Below, piece after piece: positions 46,500 to 56,721 of a DNA stretch of 64,000 nucleotides. How positions within the stretch are numbered: the stretch's first letter is position 1; each line of letters starts with the position of its first letter. Source of the DNA: a virus; the IMG/VR virus record IMGVR_UViG_3300021335_000009, positions 1 to 64,000 of that record, one strand, 5' to 3'. The translations under genes and the position numbers were made by a program. The notes under the pieces are model-generated. The model was not told where the DNA came from, searched no databases, and was given only the letters and a program-made list of their open reading frames with translations.

Positions 46500-49400
46500 T
46501 GAGCTTTAGTTATTCAGGCGGAGTAATCACACAAACAGGCACGGAAACAGGCAATGATCAGCTTGCTGGATTATCTGGTTTGACAGGCGTTACTACTTCA
46601 ACATTAGGAGAACGTACCGTTTACAGCATAGATAGTAGCACTCGCATAATATTTAATGGCACTTGTGTTATCGACCCAAGATATTGTGAGCTGGAAACTA
46701 ATCGCTTGGGTGGTAGTGGAATCGTGGTAAATGGCACGCTTGATTTAGGCAAAGAGCTTGCTTACGCATACGGCACACAATACACAAGTGGCCGAGCTTT
46801 GAATATATTAGGAGGTAGTGCTGTACCGTGGGGGGCTATGTTTGATGTAAATGGGACTCTAAATTGGTATGGCTGCGAGGTAGAGACAGGTTCAGGAATA
46901 CGAGTCAAGAATGGCGGTACTATTAAAATACGAGATGGCGTATTTATTAGTAGACTAGGTAATCATACTATTCAACAAGGCAATACGATTATTTTTGATG
47001 CAGGTAGCACGTCAGACATTATAGGATTAAAGAAAACGCTTACTGGATCATTAACAGTGGATAATAATGCTATTAACATTTTAGGAGCGTTTACGACTAT
47101 AAATCTTTCGGGCGTTGTAAGTACGGGGCCAATGACTCCTGACAACAGGTCATCTACATTAGCTCCAGTGCCTTTTGCGGTTGTTTCAAATTGGCAAAGA
47201 TTGCAAAGTCGTATCGCGTCTGTATTTACTAATTTAAGTCACTTTATTGATTGCGCTTCTTGGGATACGACTTCGCCAGTTGCTCTTTTTAGACGTACAG
47301 CGTACGGAACCGTAACAAGGCAAGGACAAGCAGAGTTTTATCGAAACTGTAACGGTAAAATTCTGTTTAATAATTCTGGATTGCAAGGCGTTAAATTATA
47401 TTGGAAGGATGTTGACAACGGAAACAGAGGCGTAACAGCAGCTACCGAGTGGGGACAAACTTACAATACTTATCGCGAATACACTACTACGACTGACGCA
47501 AACGGTGATTTTAGTAAGCAAGTTTTAGAAGCAGCGGTTTATAATACAAATCCGAACGTAGGCGAAGGAGTTGCACCTACAGTTGACGACCGCACTGAGT
47601 CAGGTCACAAAATTACATTTAAGGGCTTTAAATACGGATACAGTCTTTTTGACATCCAATTTCAGGGCAACAGGATTGTGGCTGCTGAAGCGACTCAGCC
47701 AGTTATTGCGGACGCTAATATCACTGAGTCAAACAAAGTAACAGTTGATGCTTATACAGAGATTGATACGGCTGTAAAATTTTACGACCGAGCAGCGTCA
47801 CACTTGGAAGATAATTTAGGAACATACCTTGATTTTATTGTTACTCGATCAGGTAATCAAATAGATGCAGGGAGCTACAATGTAACAATAGACGCAACAG
47901 CATCAACAGCTTTTAATTTAACAGGTAACTTAATAACAATCAAAGCCAGCACGTTTACTGGCGACATGGTAACCACAGGTCTTATTACCCTTACCAATGG
48001 TGCTACGTTTGATGGTGTGCGTACAGACGCTAACGGAACAGTGTATCCTCCTATTAATGTAACTTTCACTGATATTGAAGCAGGTTCTCAATTAGCGGTG
48101 TATCTAACAGAAACAACTACTGAAAAATTTAGAACAAATAATAGCTCAACAACAGAGCAGTGGACCGAAGCTTATACTTCTGACATTACTTATGATGTCA
48201 CAATAATAAAAGCAGGATTTTTCCCTATTAGATTAACAGGGTTAGTTGCATCCACATCAGCGACATCTATATCAATAAATCAATTAATAGATAGAGCTTA
48301 TCAAACGTCTAGCGGATTAACTTATAGTACAAATACAAATCTAAATATCAATACAAAAGAATTTAGTGTTTCTGTAGCGACAACAGTGCAAAACTATTAC
48401 AGTTTTTGGATAGAGCAATGGATAAGCAATTCAGCGCTTAGAAATGTAAAATTCCCAATATCAACTTTTGGAGGAAACAGTTTTTCTTTTGACGATGGTT
48501 ATGAGTTTACAAGTTCTAGTTTACAATATTTAAGCAGGGACGGTTTTAGGTATTTTTCTAACAACTCAGTAACTGCTAGGTACGCAGCTATTTTAAGTCA
48601 GGGAGTTGCAGCAGGCACACAACCCGAATATCAGCAGCTACAAAATGGAAGCGTTACAGATACACAAAATACAGGAAACGTAGATCAAGTAATACAAATA
48701 TATGGAGATGCAACACATGGAAATTTTGATTATACAAACTATTTAAAATTTAAAGTACAAGCAAATGGCTACAGGCAAGCTGAAGCAGATATTGTTTCGG
48801 TTTTTGGAACTTTAGAAGAGCAATTTTATGTTACGTCTTTAAATACTTTACAAATTTCAAATTTTACAACTGGAGATCCTCAAGTTACAGGTTTAAGCAT
48901 TACGGACAATAGTTCAAGTCCCGTTAGTTGGGATGCAGGAGATGGAACATCAAGAAATTATAGCCTCACCATAACAGACACAAATAATAATTCAGGCGAA
49001 GATATATTAAGATGGTTAAATTACAATCTTAGCTTAGATGTTGTGTTTGAAGGCAAAGAGCCCTTTTATTATCCAGAAATGGTTATTGACAATGGATCTT
49101 CTTACGAAACAATAAGAGGTGTTTTGTATGGGACAACGTCAAATACATTAGTAGGAGTTCGAGTAATAGATGGAAACGGAGACGCTCACAGAGATTTTGT
49201 TCGTTTTCAATCAGACAATGGAAGTTATGGGATTCCAGTTGAAATAAAAACAGGATCTGTTACGCAAATTTCACAAGGATCAAGATTAAGAATATATAAT
49301 ATTACGACATCTCAAGAAGTTTTTAATGACATTGTTTCGGGAACCTCTTACACAGAAGAATATGAAGAAGGAAACAACTACTCACAAGGAGATCAATTAG

Positions 49401-49936
49401 AAATAAGAGTTTCTAAAATTAACAAGTTAGAATTTGAAAGAGTTGTGATTGTTGGCAGTGATGGATGGTCACAATTAGTAAGCCAAGAAGATAATAATGT
49501 TTATATAGAATATGGTAAAGATGGATCTACTGTTTCTGGAATTGCGTGGGATAGTGGAAACATGCAGTTTGATTTTTCAGATTCTGATAATGAAATAGAA
49601 GGCGCAGATATAGCAGCTTGGTACTTTTACTTTATTACTACTTCTACTGGCATTTCAGAAGCCTTTGAAGCTATAAGTTGGCCTCAAATTAATAGAGTCA
49701 TCAATAGAGCTTCTGTGTCTCCAATTACTTTTGACAATACAAAAACAAACCCTTTGATTATTAAAAATTGTTGGATTAATAGAGACGATGGAGTTTCAAT
49801 TATTGCCGCTTCTTCTAATTCTATTCAGATTGACCCTCCAGCAGTTTTCACTTCAAATATAGATGATGTAGAGCAAATCCTTGAAAACACAGAAAAAATA
49901 CAAAAAAAGACCAAACTAATTACAGCTTTATTGTAG
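46499..49936 (+). CDS. Large virion/fibre-like protein
   Basis: 1145 aa T/S/G/N-rich beta-structured protein in late accessory block. Confidence 0.6.
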   Translation: MSFSYSGGVITQTGTETGNDQLAGLSGLTGVTTSTLGERTVYSIDSSTRIIFNGTCVIDPRYCELETNRLGGSGIVVNGTLDLGKELAYAYGTQYTSGRALNILGGSAVPWGAMFDVNGTLNWYGCEVETGSGIRVKNGGTIKIRDGVFISRLGNHTIQQGNTIIFDAGSTSDIIGLKKTLTGSLTVDNNAINILGAFTTINLSGVVSTGPMTPDNRSSTLAPVPFAVVSNWQRLQSRIASVFTNLSHFIDCASWDTTSPVALFRRTAYGTVTRQGQAEFYRNCNGKILFNNSGLQGVKLYWKDVDNGNRGVTAATEWGQTYNTYREYTTTTDANGDFSKQVLEAAVYNTNPNVGEGVAPTVDDRTESGHKITFKGFKYGYSLFDIQFQGNRIVAAEATQPVIADANITESNKVTVDAYTEIDTAVKFYDRAASHLEDNLGTYLDFIVTRSGNQIDAGSYNVTIDATASTAFNLTGNLITIKASTFTGDMVTTGLITLTNGATFDGVRTDANGTVYPPINVTFTDIEAGSQLAVYLTETTTEKFRTNNSSTTEQWTEAYTSDITYDVTIIKAGFFPIRLTGLVASTSATSISINQLIDRAYQTSSGLTYSTNTNLNINTKEFSVSVATTVQNYYSFWIEQWISNSALRNVKFPISTFGGNSFSFDDGYEFTSSSLQYLSRDGFRYFSNNSVTARYAAILSQGVAAGTQPEYQQLQNGSVTDTQNTGNVDQVIQIYGDATHGNFDYTNYLKFKVQANGYRQAEADIVSVFGTLEEQFYVTSLNTLQISNFTTGDPQVTGLSITDNSSSPVSWDAGDGTSRNYSLTITDTNNNSGEDILRWLNYNLSLDVVFEGKEPFYYPEMVIDNGSSYETIRGVLYGTTSNTLVGVRVIDGNGDAHRDFVRFQSDNGSYGIPVEIKTGSVTQISQGSRLRIYNITTSQEVFNDIVSGTSYTEEYEEGNNYSQGDQLEIRVSKINKLEFERVVIVGSDGWSQLVSQEDNNVYIEYGKDGSTVSGIAWDSGNMQFDFSDSDNEIEGADIAAWYFYFITTSTGISEAFEAISWPQINRVINRASVSPITFDNTKTNPLIIKNCWINRDDGVSIIAASSNSIQIDPPAVFTSNIDDVEQILENTEKIQKKTKLITALL

Positions 49937-49969
49937 ACTTTTAAAAAAAAACGTGTAACATATTTATAT

Positions 49970-50854
49970 ATGCAGTTAGATTTCTCTAAACAAATAAAAG
50001 CGGCCAGATCAGGTCCAAAAAGCGCAGCGCAAACCCCTGCCGAACCAGAAGAAAGAAAAAAAGGATCTGCTGTTAATGAGCCCAACTCTGCTGCTAGCTC
50101 TATTACATTCAGCGAAAAAGTAACGCAATCTTTAAAAAATAAAGTAAAAGAACATAACGAAAAACACTCTAAAAAAGTTACTCTAGGAATGCTTAAAAAA
50201 GTTTATCGTAGAGGGGCTGGAGCTTTTTCAACTTCTCACCGACCTGGACAAACAAGAGGAAGTTGGGCAATGGCTCGTGTAAATATGTTTCTAAAAATGA
50301 TGAGAGGGGGCAAGGTCAAAGACTCTTATCGAAAAGCAGACCAAGACGTAGCTAAAGCTTCCGAAGAGGAAGTGATGAATTTGTCTGAAATTTGCGCGTT
50401 TTTTGACGAATATTCGGACATAGAATTTTCTTTGGCAAAAATAGATTTGCTTTCTTCAAAAATCTCAGAAGAAGAAATGTATTTATATTCAAAAGCTGAA
50501 GACTGGGAATGTGAAACAGAAGCGGAAAAAAAGACTTTAAACAAACCTTTTAGAACTCCAAAAGGTTCAAAAAAATTTGCTGTTTATGTAAAAAACGACA
50601 AAGGAAATGTCATAAAGCTTCCTTTTGGAGATAAAAACCTCTCAATAAAAAGAGATAACCCAAAAAATAAAAAAGCTTTTAGAGCTAGGCATCAATGCGA
50701 TACTAATCCTGGCCCTAAATGGAAAGCTAGATATTGGAGTTGTAAATTTTGGAGCAACAAGCCAGTTTCAGAAATACTTAAAGCAGAAGAGGATCTTTTA
50801 AAAATGAATCCTAGCCTTTCTCAAGCCGAAGAAGTTTTAGACGAAGATTATTAA
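49970..50854 (+). CDS. Basic modular phage protein (possible head-associated/nucleic-acid binding)
   Basis: KVYRRGAGAFSTSHRPG..WAMARVN module and LNKPFRTP..KKFAVYV..FRARHQC..ARYWSC module; GTGTAA upstream. Confidence 0.6.
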   Translation: MQLDFSKQIKAARSGPKSAAQTPAEPEERKKGSAVNEPNSAASSITFSEKVTQSLKNKVKEHNEKHSKKVTLGMLKKVYRRGAGAFSTSHRPGQTRGSWAMARVNMFLKMMRGGKVKDSYRKADQDVAKASEEEVMNLSEICAFFDEYSDIEFSLAKIDLLSSKISEEEMYLYSKAEDWECETEAEKKTLNKPFRTPKGSKKFAVYVKNDKGNVIKLPFGDKNLSIKRDNPKNKKAFRARHQCDTNPGPKWKARYWSCKFWSNKPVSEILKAEEDLLKMNPSLSQAEEVLDEDY

Positions 50855-50856
50855 AA

Positions 50857-51042
50857 ATGACCAACGATTTTGCAGCTAAATCAATTTTATATAAAAATTT
50901 TCTAAAAGAAAAAGAAGAAATTTTAAAAATAAAAAAAATAGAGTCGCAAAAAAAAGGGAAAAAAATAAGCTCTAATGAAGCTTTTTGCATTTGGCTTACA
51001 AAATACAAGTCAAAGTGGAAAAAAACGCAAAATAAAAATTGA
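50857..51042 (+). CDS. Small hypothetical protein (DUF4032-like)
   Basis: EKEEILK.K.IESQKKG..I....A...W..KY..KW pattern. Confidence 0.5.
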   Translation: MTNDFAAKSILYKNFLKEKEEILKIKKIESQKKGKKISSNEAFCIWLTKYKSKWKKTQNKN

Positions 51043-51072
51043 CTTTACTTTTAACAAGCATAGTATATTTCT

Positions 51073-51711
51073 ATGTCTGTTAAATTAGTATCTATTTCCC
51101 AACCAAAAGCTGAAAATATAAAATCAGCAGAAGATCTTGTTGCTTATTGCGCGAGAGTTTCTAACCCATCTAATCAGATGAACACAGAAACAGCGCCAAA
51201 ATTATTAAGATACTTGATCAAACATAAACATTTTTCGCCATTTGAAATGGTGTCAATGACTGTTGAAATTAAAACAAGTAGAGCTATTGCCGCTCAGATT
51301 TTGAGGCATAGATCATTTTCTTTTCAAGAATTTAGCCAACGATATAGCAAGTCTACTAATTTTACAAATGTTGAGTTAAGACTTCAGGGAAAAACAAATA
51401 GACAAGTTGGAGATTGCCCAATAAATGATGAAGGCCTAGAACAGGAAATAGAAGATGTTCATAATCATTGCTCCGATTTATACAACTATCTGATTTCAAA
51501 AGGAGTAGCTAAAGAATCAGCAAGAATGATACTTCCTCTTTCTACAGAAACTACTATGTATATGGCAGGAACTCTACGTTCTTGGATTCATTACATAGAG
51601 TTAAGATCACAACAAGACACTCAAAAAGAACATAGAGAAATTGCCGAAAAATGTAAAACTTTATTTTGTCAAGAGTTTCCTGTTTTAGCGGAAGCTTTAG
51701 AATTTATTTAA
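51073..51711 (+). CDS. thyX: FAD-dependent thymidylate synthase
   Basis: HFSPFE, QILRHRSFSFQEFSQRY; TTGACT-N16-TAGTAT promoter upstream. Confidence 0.97.
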   Translation: MSVKLVSISQPKAENIKSAEDLVAYCARVSNPSNQMNTETAPKLLRYLIKHKHFSPFEMVSMTVEIKTSRAIAAQILRHRSFSFQEFSQRYSKSTNFTNVELRLQGKTNRQVGDCPINDEGLEQEIEDVHNHCSDLYNYLISKGVAKESARMILPLSTETTMYMAGTLRSWIHYIELRSQQDTQKEHREIAEKCKTLFCQEFPVLAEALEFI

Positions 51712-51720
51712 CAATAAACA

Positions 51721-51978
51721 ATGGCTGAGTTTTTAGGAGTAGTATATACTATTTGTTTTTCTGTTTGTATATGGCCTCAAATTTTTAAAAGCATTAAAAC
51801 AAAAAAAGTAGAAGATGTGAGCGTTTCTCTTTTTATTTTTTCAATAATTGGGTACGTTTCAGCCATATTTTACACCATTATAAAAGTAGGGTTTGATTTT
51901 TGGTGGATTTTAAATTACAGTTTAAGTTTGTTTTCTGCGCTGGTAATGTTAATTGTTTTTTTTAAATACAAAAAATGA
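51721..51978 (+). CDS. PQ-loop/SemiSWEET-like membrane protein
   Basis: 85 aa, 3 TM helices, WPQIFKSIKTKKVEDVS. Confidence 0.8.
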   Translation: MAEFLGVVYTICFSVCIWPQIFKSIKTKKVEDVSVSLFIFSIIGYVSAIFYTIIKVGFDFWWILNYSLSLFSALVMLIVFFKYKK

Positions 51979-52940
51979 CACAAGAAAAATTAATAGAATA
52001 TTCTTTAAATCTTAATACTGGGTACATTAGCCCAAAATTTTTAAAATACATAAAAAATCCAGAATTAAAAAATGGACATGTGTTTTTAAGTGTGGATAAA
52101 GGTCAGTTTTCTTTTATTTCGGCAAATCCAAAAGTAGACAAGCATAGACTTAATAACGCTTTATTTTTTATAAAAAAAGTAATTGATGATTTTGGCTTGA
52201 ATTTAAATTTTAAGTTTATTTTAAACACTTATGACGAGCCCTCTATTGAAGATATTCCTATCTTTGGGTTTTGTGGGAACAGTTTCGAAAAAAAATCAAA
52301 TATTTTAATTCCAGATCCTCATATAACAGGAAAGTATTTAGGAGTTAAAATTAAAGATGAGTTAAACTTTCAAGAAAAAAAAGAAAGCATTGTTTTTAGA
52401 GGTTCTGATACGGGGTCTTTTCCCATTGCTCGAAAAAACGAAAGAATAAATGCTTGCTGGAAAACAAAAGATGATACAAAAATTGATTTTAAAATTTCGA
52501 ATTTCGTAAGATACTCAAAAGATATTTTAAAAGAATCAGGAGTAAATATTGACAAAATTAGCTCTCCGTATTTGTCCTTTAAAGACCAACTCCAACATAA
52601 ATACATAGCAGATATAAATGGAAATTCAGCAGCGTGGGATAGACCTTGCTGGGTACTAGGGTCTAACTCTATTTTGTTTAAAATACAGACAGAAACCAAA
52701 TCAGATGAAACTTGGTATTCAAGATACATGCTTCATCAAGGAATTGTGCCTAGACTAAATATAGAAGAGTTGAAAAAAGCTTCAAAAGAAAATTTTAATT
52801 TTTTAAAGTTATTGAACATATCTCCTACTACTTTAAATTCAAAACAAAAACAATTTAGTAAAATTCTTTTAGATTACTCCACTCATCAAATTTATTTAAA
52901 AGAGGTTTTGGTCAAGTATAACAAACAGTATAATTCTTAG
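51975..52940 (+). CDS. Glycosyltransferase family 90 (CAP10-like)
   Basis: IVFRGSDTG, QLQHKYIADINGNSAAWDR. Confidence 0.75.
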   Translation: MTQEKLIEYSLNLNTGYISPKFLKYIKNPELKNGHVFLSVDKGQFSFISANPKVDKHRLNNALFFIKKVIDDFGLNLNFKFILNTYDEPSIEDIPIFGFCGNSFEKKSNILIPDPHITGKYLGVKIKDELNFQEKKESIVFRGSDTGSFPIARKNERINACWKTKDDTKIDFKISNFVRYSKDILKESGVNIDKISSPYLSFKDQLQHKYIADINGNSAAWDRPCWVLGSNSILFKIQTETKSDETWYSRYMLHQGIVPRLNIEELKKASKENFNFLKLLNISPTTLNSKQKQFSKILLDYSTHQIYLKEVLVKYNKQYNS

Positions 52941-52952
52941 TTTTTAACAAAA

Positions 52953-53618
52953 GTGAGTAGCTCAAAAATTAAATTTGGATCTAAAACAAATGGGCTAGGA
53001 GACATTTTGCTTCTGACTTCTATTTGTAAGTATGCTCCTAAACAATTTGTTATACAAATTCCAGAAAAACAAAAAAGATTCGCTTGTTTATTTGAAGGTT
53101 TAGCAGAAACGGAAATAACAGAAGCTATAAATACTTTAAGAGATCTGGGTGGAGGCCACTACTCTACAAGAAAATTAAGATGTTTTTTTAGAGAAGCCGA
53201 TTTATTAGATAATAGACCCCTTGTCATTTATTCGGATTATGAATCTGAAGTTTGGGCGGATAACTTTTTAAAAGAAAATTGTTTTAATAAAAAACCTGTT
53301 GTATTTCAGCCTGATTGCAGCCCTCAATGGAGATCTGTTAGAAAAATGCCAGAACCTGTAGCAGACAAAGCAAAGCAAAATCTTTTAAAGCAGGGTTATT
53401 TTATTATAGATGTGTCTGCTATAAAAACAATAGATTTAAAAAAATACATTTGCCTTCTTAGAAAAGTTGGTTTTTATGTCGGGGCAAATACTGGAGATTT
53501 TCATTTAGCTGTTTCTGTTGGGGCTGTATGCAATGTTTATGAACCTTCAAATAATCAATTTTTTAAAGACTACGAGTGGGATTATGAACATTCTTCAATA
53601 AAATATATAAAATTTTAA
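52953..53618 (+). CDS. Glycosyltransferase family 9-like
   Basis: GLGDILLLT, YVGANTGDFHLAVSVG. Confidence 0.7.
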   Translation: MSSSKIKFGSKTNGLGDILLLTSICKYAPKQFVIQIPEKQKRFACLFEGLAETEITEAINTLRDLGGGHYSTRKLRCFFREADLLDNRPLVIYSDYESEVWADNFLKENCFNKKPVVFQPDCSPQWRSVRKMPEPVADKAKQNLLKQGYFIIDVSAIKTIDLKKYICLLRKVGFYVGANTGDFHLAVSVGAVCNVYEPSNNQFFKDYEWDYEHSSIKYIKF

Positions 53619-53622
53619 AAAC

Positions 53623-54138
53623 ATGAAATTAAATTTAGGATGCGCCAAAGACATAAGAAAAGGGTATAAAAATGTAGACCTTCACTACAAACACCCCGAA
53701 GTAATAAACGAAGATATATCGAACTTATCTTTCGTTCAGAACAATACTGTAGAAGAGATTGTCGCCCATGATATTATAGAGCATTTGCCTCTTAATAAAT
53801 CTGCAAAATGTCTTAAAATATGGTTTGATTACTTGCAAAAGGGAGGAAAAATAAGCATTCAAACAACAAATTTTAATTTGATGATAAAAGCTTATTCTGA
53901 AAAAGTTTGGGATATTTGCGCTTTAAATTACATGCTTTTTGCAGGAATAAATTATACAGATGTAGGCTCTCAAGAATGCGATTTCCATAAAAGCGTTTAT
54001 TCTTCTGAGTTTATTTTTCATTTATTAAAAAATATAGGGTATAAAAACATCAAAATAAAAGAAGACTCTATTGATGAAAACTTAAAATTTAATGCTTTTT
54101 CTCACAATTTAAATTTATATGTAACTGCTGAAAAATAA
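53623..54138 (+). CDS. SAM-dependent methyltransferase (type 11-like)
   Basis: KLNLGC, NVD, AHDIIEHL, LQKGG. Confidence 0.8.
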   Translation: MKLNLGCAKDIRKGYKNVDLHYKHPEVINEDISNLSFVQNNTVEEIVAHDIIEHLPLNKSAKCLKIWFDYLQKGGKISIQTTNFNLMIKAYSEKVWDICALNYMLFAGINYTDVGSQECDFHKSVYSSEFIFHLLKNIGYKNIKIKEDSIDENLKFNAFSHNLNLYVTAEK

Positions 54139-54175
54139 ATAGAATTGTAAAGCTTTTTAAATAACATACATTTGT

Positions 54176-55201
54176 ATGAAAAAAGTAATTATTAGCGGAG
54201 CTTCGGGTCAAGATGGCTCATATATGATAGATCACCTTTTGGAAACTACTGATTATGAAATCATTGGATGCGTAAGAAGAAAAACTTTAGAGCTTGATAA
54301 TTTTTTCAAAAAACATTATAACAATTCAAGGTTTAGACTTGTTCATTTTGATCTAACAGACGTCCATTCTATAACTTCTTTAATAAAAGACGAACAGCCT
54401 GATTATTTTATCAACTTTGCAGCTCAAACTTTTGTTGGAGATTCGTGGGAAATGCCCACGTTACATTTTAAATGCAATGCAGAGTCAGTTCTTCACATGT
54501 TGGAAGCTATTCGCAATTTTTGCCCACATTGCAGGTTTTATTCAGCAGGCACTTCTGAGCAGTATGGAGACGTAGATTACAGCCCACAGGACATTAGACA
54601 CCCATTTAAGCCTAGAAGCCCTTATGGAGCCGCTAAAGTCGCAGCAAACATGCTTGTAAAAGTCTATAGAGAAAGTTATGGCTTATATGCAGTTCATTCA
54701 ATACTTTTTAATCACGAAAGCTCAAGAAGGCCAGAGTGTTTTGTTTCAAAAAAGATAACAAAAGCTGTAGCCAGAATAAAACGAAGCATAGACAAAAAAG
54801 AATCTTTTGAACCTCTTGAGCTGGGAAATTTAAATGCTCAAAGAGACTGGAGCCATGCCAAAGATTTTGTCAAAGGAGTGTGGCTAATGCTTAATAAAGA
54901 AAAACCTAGAGACTATTTATTAGCTTCAGGAGAGACTCATACTGTTAAAAAATTTGTAGAGCTTTCTTTTAAACATGTTGGTGTTTTTGGAGACTGGAAA
55001 GGAGAAGGGGATCAAGAAACCTTTATCTTAAAAAATTCGAGTCAATGCCTAGTGAAGGTTAATAAAAAATTTTACAGACCAGCAGAAGTCTCTTTATTAC
55101 TAGGAGACCCTAAAGAAGCAGAAAAAGAATTGAATTGGAAAAGGGAAATTTCATTTGAAGACTTAGTTAAAAATATGGTGGATGACGACCTTGGTGTTTA
55201 A
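54176..55201 (+). CDS. gmd: GDP-mannose 4,6-dehydratase
   Basis: GASGQDGSY, PRSPYGAAK, LFNHES, LGNLNAQRDW, YRPAEV.LLLGD. Confidence 0.93.
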   Translation: MKKVIISGASGQDGSYMIDHLLETTDYEIIGCVRRKTLELDNFFKKHYNNSRFRLVHFDLTDVHSITSLIKDEQPDYFINFAAQTFVGDSWEMPTLHFKCNAESVLHMLEAIRNFCPHCRFYSAGTSEQYGDVDYSPQDIRHPFKPRSPYGAAKVAANMLVKVYRESYGLYAVHSILFNHESSRRPECFVSKKITKAVARIKRSIDKKESFEPLELGNLNAQRDWSHAKDFVKGVWLMLNKEKPRDYLLASGETHTVKKFVELSFKHVGVFGDWKGEGDQETFILKNSSQCLVKVNKKFYRPAEVSLLLGDPKEAEKELNWKREISFEDLVKNMVDDDLGV

Positions 55202-55246
55202 TTTTTTTGTATTGACATTTTTCAAACAAAAATTAACATAAAAAAA

Positions 55247-55612
55247 ATGACATCTGACAAGGTTAAAAAAATAACCCCGCATAGAAGAAAATTAAACATT
55301 TTAAGCAGGCTTCTTGACATTCCAGAAAAACAAAAAAGGTTTTTTTATGCTAGGGAAATGAAATTTTTAAAAATTTTAGAAGAAAGATATTCTTTAGATT
55401 TTTTAGAAATAATTACTTTTCCAAAAAAATATGACAGTTTGGCCATTTTAGTTTCAAAAGAGCTAAAACAAACTATGAATAAAAAATGGAATAATTTTAA
55501 TTTTAAAATTGACACTTCAAAATACCAAAAGTATAATATAGGAAAAAAATCAGGAGAAGATTTTGTACCTACAAAAAAACAATTAAAAAGAACAAAAGAT
55601 TTATTTAAATGA
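55247..55612 (+). CDS. Hypothetical basic protein
   Basis: 121 aa; TTGACA-N16-TAACAT promoter 7 nt upstream. Confidence 0.6.
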   Translation: MTSDKVKKITPHRRKLNILSRLLDIPEKQKRFFYAREMKFLKILEERYSLDFLEIITFPKKYDSLAILVSKELKQTMNKKWNNFNFKIDTSKYQKYNIGKKSGEDFVPTKKQLKRTKDLFK

Positions 55613-56721
55613 GCGACAAAGATTCACAACTACTAGAAAAATTCTTAAAAGAAACAAAAGGCCAACATTATAATTTTGAAGATACTATTGATTATAAAGT
55701 CTCAAGCGGTTCTTTGCAGCTCGATTTAGTTTTAGATGGTGGACTTGGGCCAGGACTACATAGATTTGTAGGAATGAATGAAGGAGGAAAAACTTCATCA
55801 GCTTTAGAGTTTATGAAAAACATGCTTAACAGTGTTCCAAAATCAAAAGGATTTTATATCAAAGCAGAAGGAAGGCTTTCTCCAGAAATGCAAAAAAGAT
55901 CTGGAGTAAAATTCGTTTTTAGCGCTAAAGATTGGGTAGAAGGAACATGTTTTGTATTTGAAAGTAATATTTACGAAGTTGTTGTTGACGCTATACACCA
56001 ACTTGTAGAACAAAACGAGGAAAAAAATAAATATTGTTTTTTGCTTGATTCTGTAGATGGCTTGATTTCTAAACAAGATATTGAAAAGTCTTTTTACGAC
56101 TCTAATAAAGTTGCTGGGGGAGCAGTAATCGCAGCCAACTTTATGAAAAGAATGTCTATTAAGCTTGCTAAAAGAGGACACATGGCTTTTTTTATTAGTC
56201 AAGTAAGGGCTGATATTACTTTAGATCCATACTCAAAAGCTCCTGTTCGACAAACTACGGCTACAGGAGGAAATGCATTGCTCCATTTTGCTAATTACAT
56301 TATGGAATTTGAACCTAGATTTAAAACAGATTTAATTGTTCAAGATCCAACTAAAAAAACTGTAGATTTAAAAACGAATCCTATTATTGGTCATTGGGCA
56401 AAAGTAACAATTAAAAAGTCTCCAAACGAAAAAACAAACAATAAAATTCTTTATCCTATTAAGTATGGAAGAGTAGGTGGAAAATCTATTTGGGTAGAAA
56501 AAGAATTAATTGATTTAATGTACATGTGGGAATTTATTAGGAAAAAGGGAGCGTGGATCATGATAGAAGAAGAATTAAAAGAATTAGTCAAAGAAGTTGC
56601 TCCAGATCTTCCCAACAGTATTCAAGGCGAAAATAACCTTTTTAAAACGATAGAAGGTAACGAAAAGCTTTCTAAATTTTTAGTTGATTATTTTAAGTCA
56701 AACATACACGAATCTGTGTAA
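55609..56721 (+). CDS. recA: RecA/UvsX-like recombinase
   Basis: SSGSLQLDLVLDGG, GMNEGGKTS, LLDSVDGL, ISQVR, TGGNAL.HFA. Confidence 0.9.
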   Translation: MSDKDSQLLEKFLKETKGQHYNFEDTIDYKVSSGSLQLDLVLDGGLGPGLHRFVGMNEGGKTSSALEFMKNMLNSVPKSKGFYIKAEGRLSPEMQKRSGVKFVFSAKDWVEGTCFVFESNIYEVVVDAIHQLVEQNEEKNKYCFLLDSVDGLISKQDIEKSFYDSNKVAGGAVIAANFMKRMSIKLAKRGHMAFFISQVRADITLDPYSKAPVRQTTATGGNALLHFANYIMEFEPRFKTDLIVQDPTKKTVDLKTNPIIGHWAKVTIKKSPNEKTNNKILYPIKYGRVGGKSIWVEKELIDLMYMWEFIRKKGAWIMIEEELKELVKEVAPDLPNSIQGENNLFKTIEGNEKLSKFLVDYFKSNIHESV

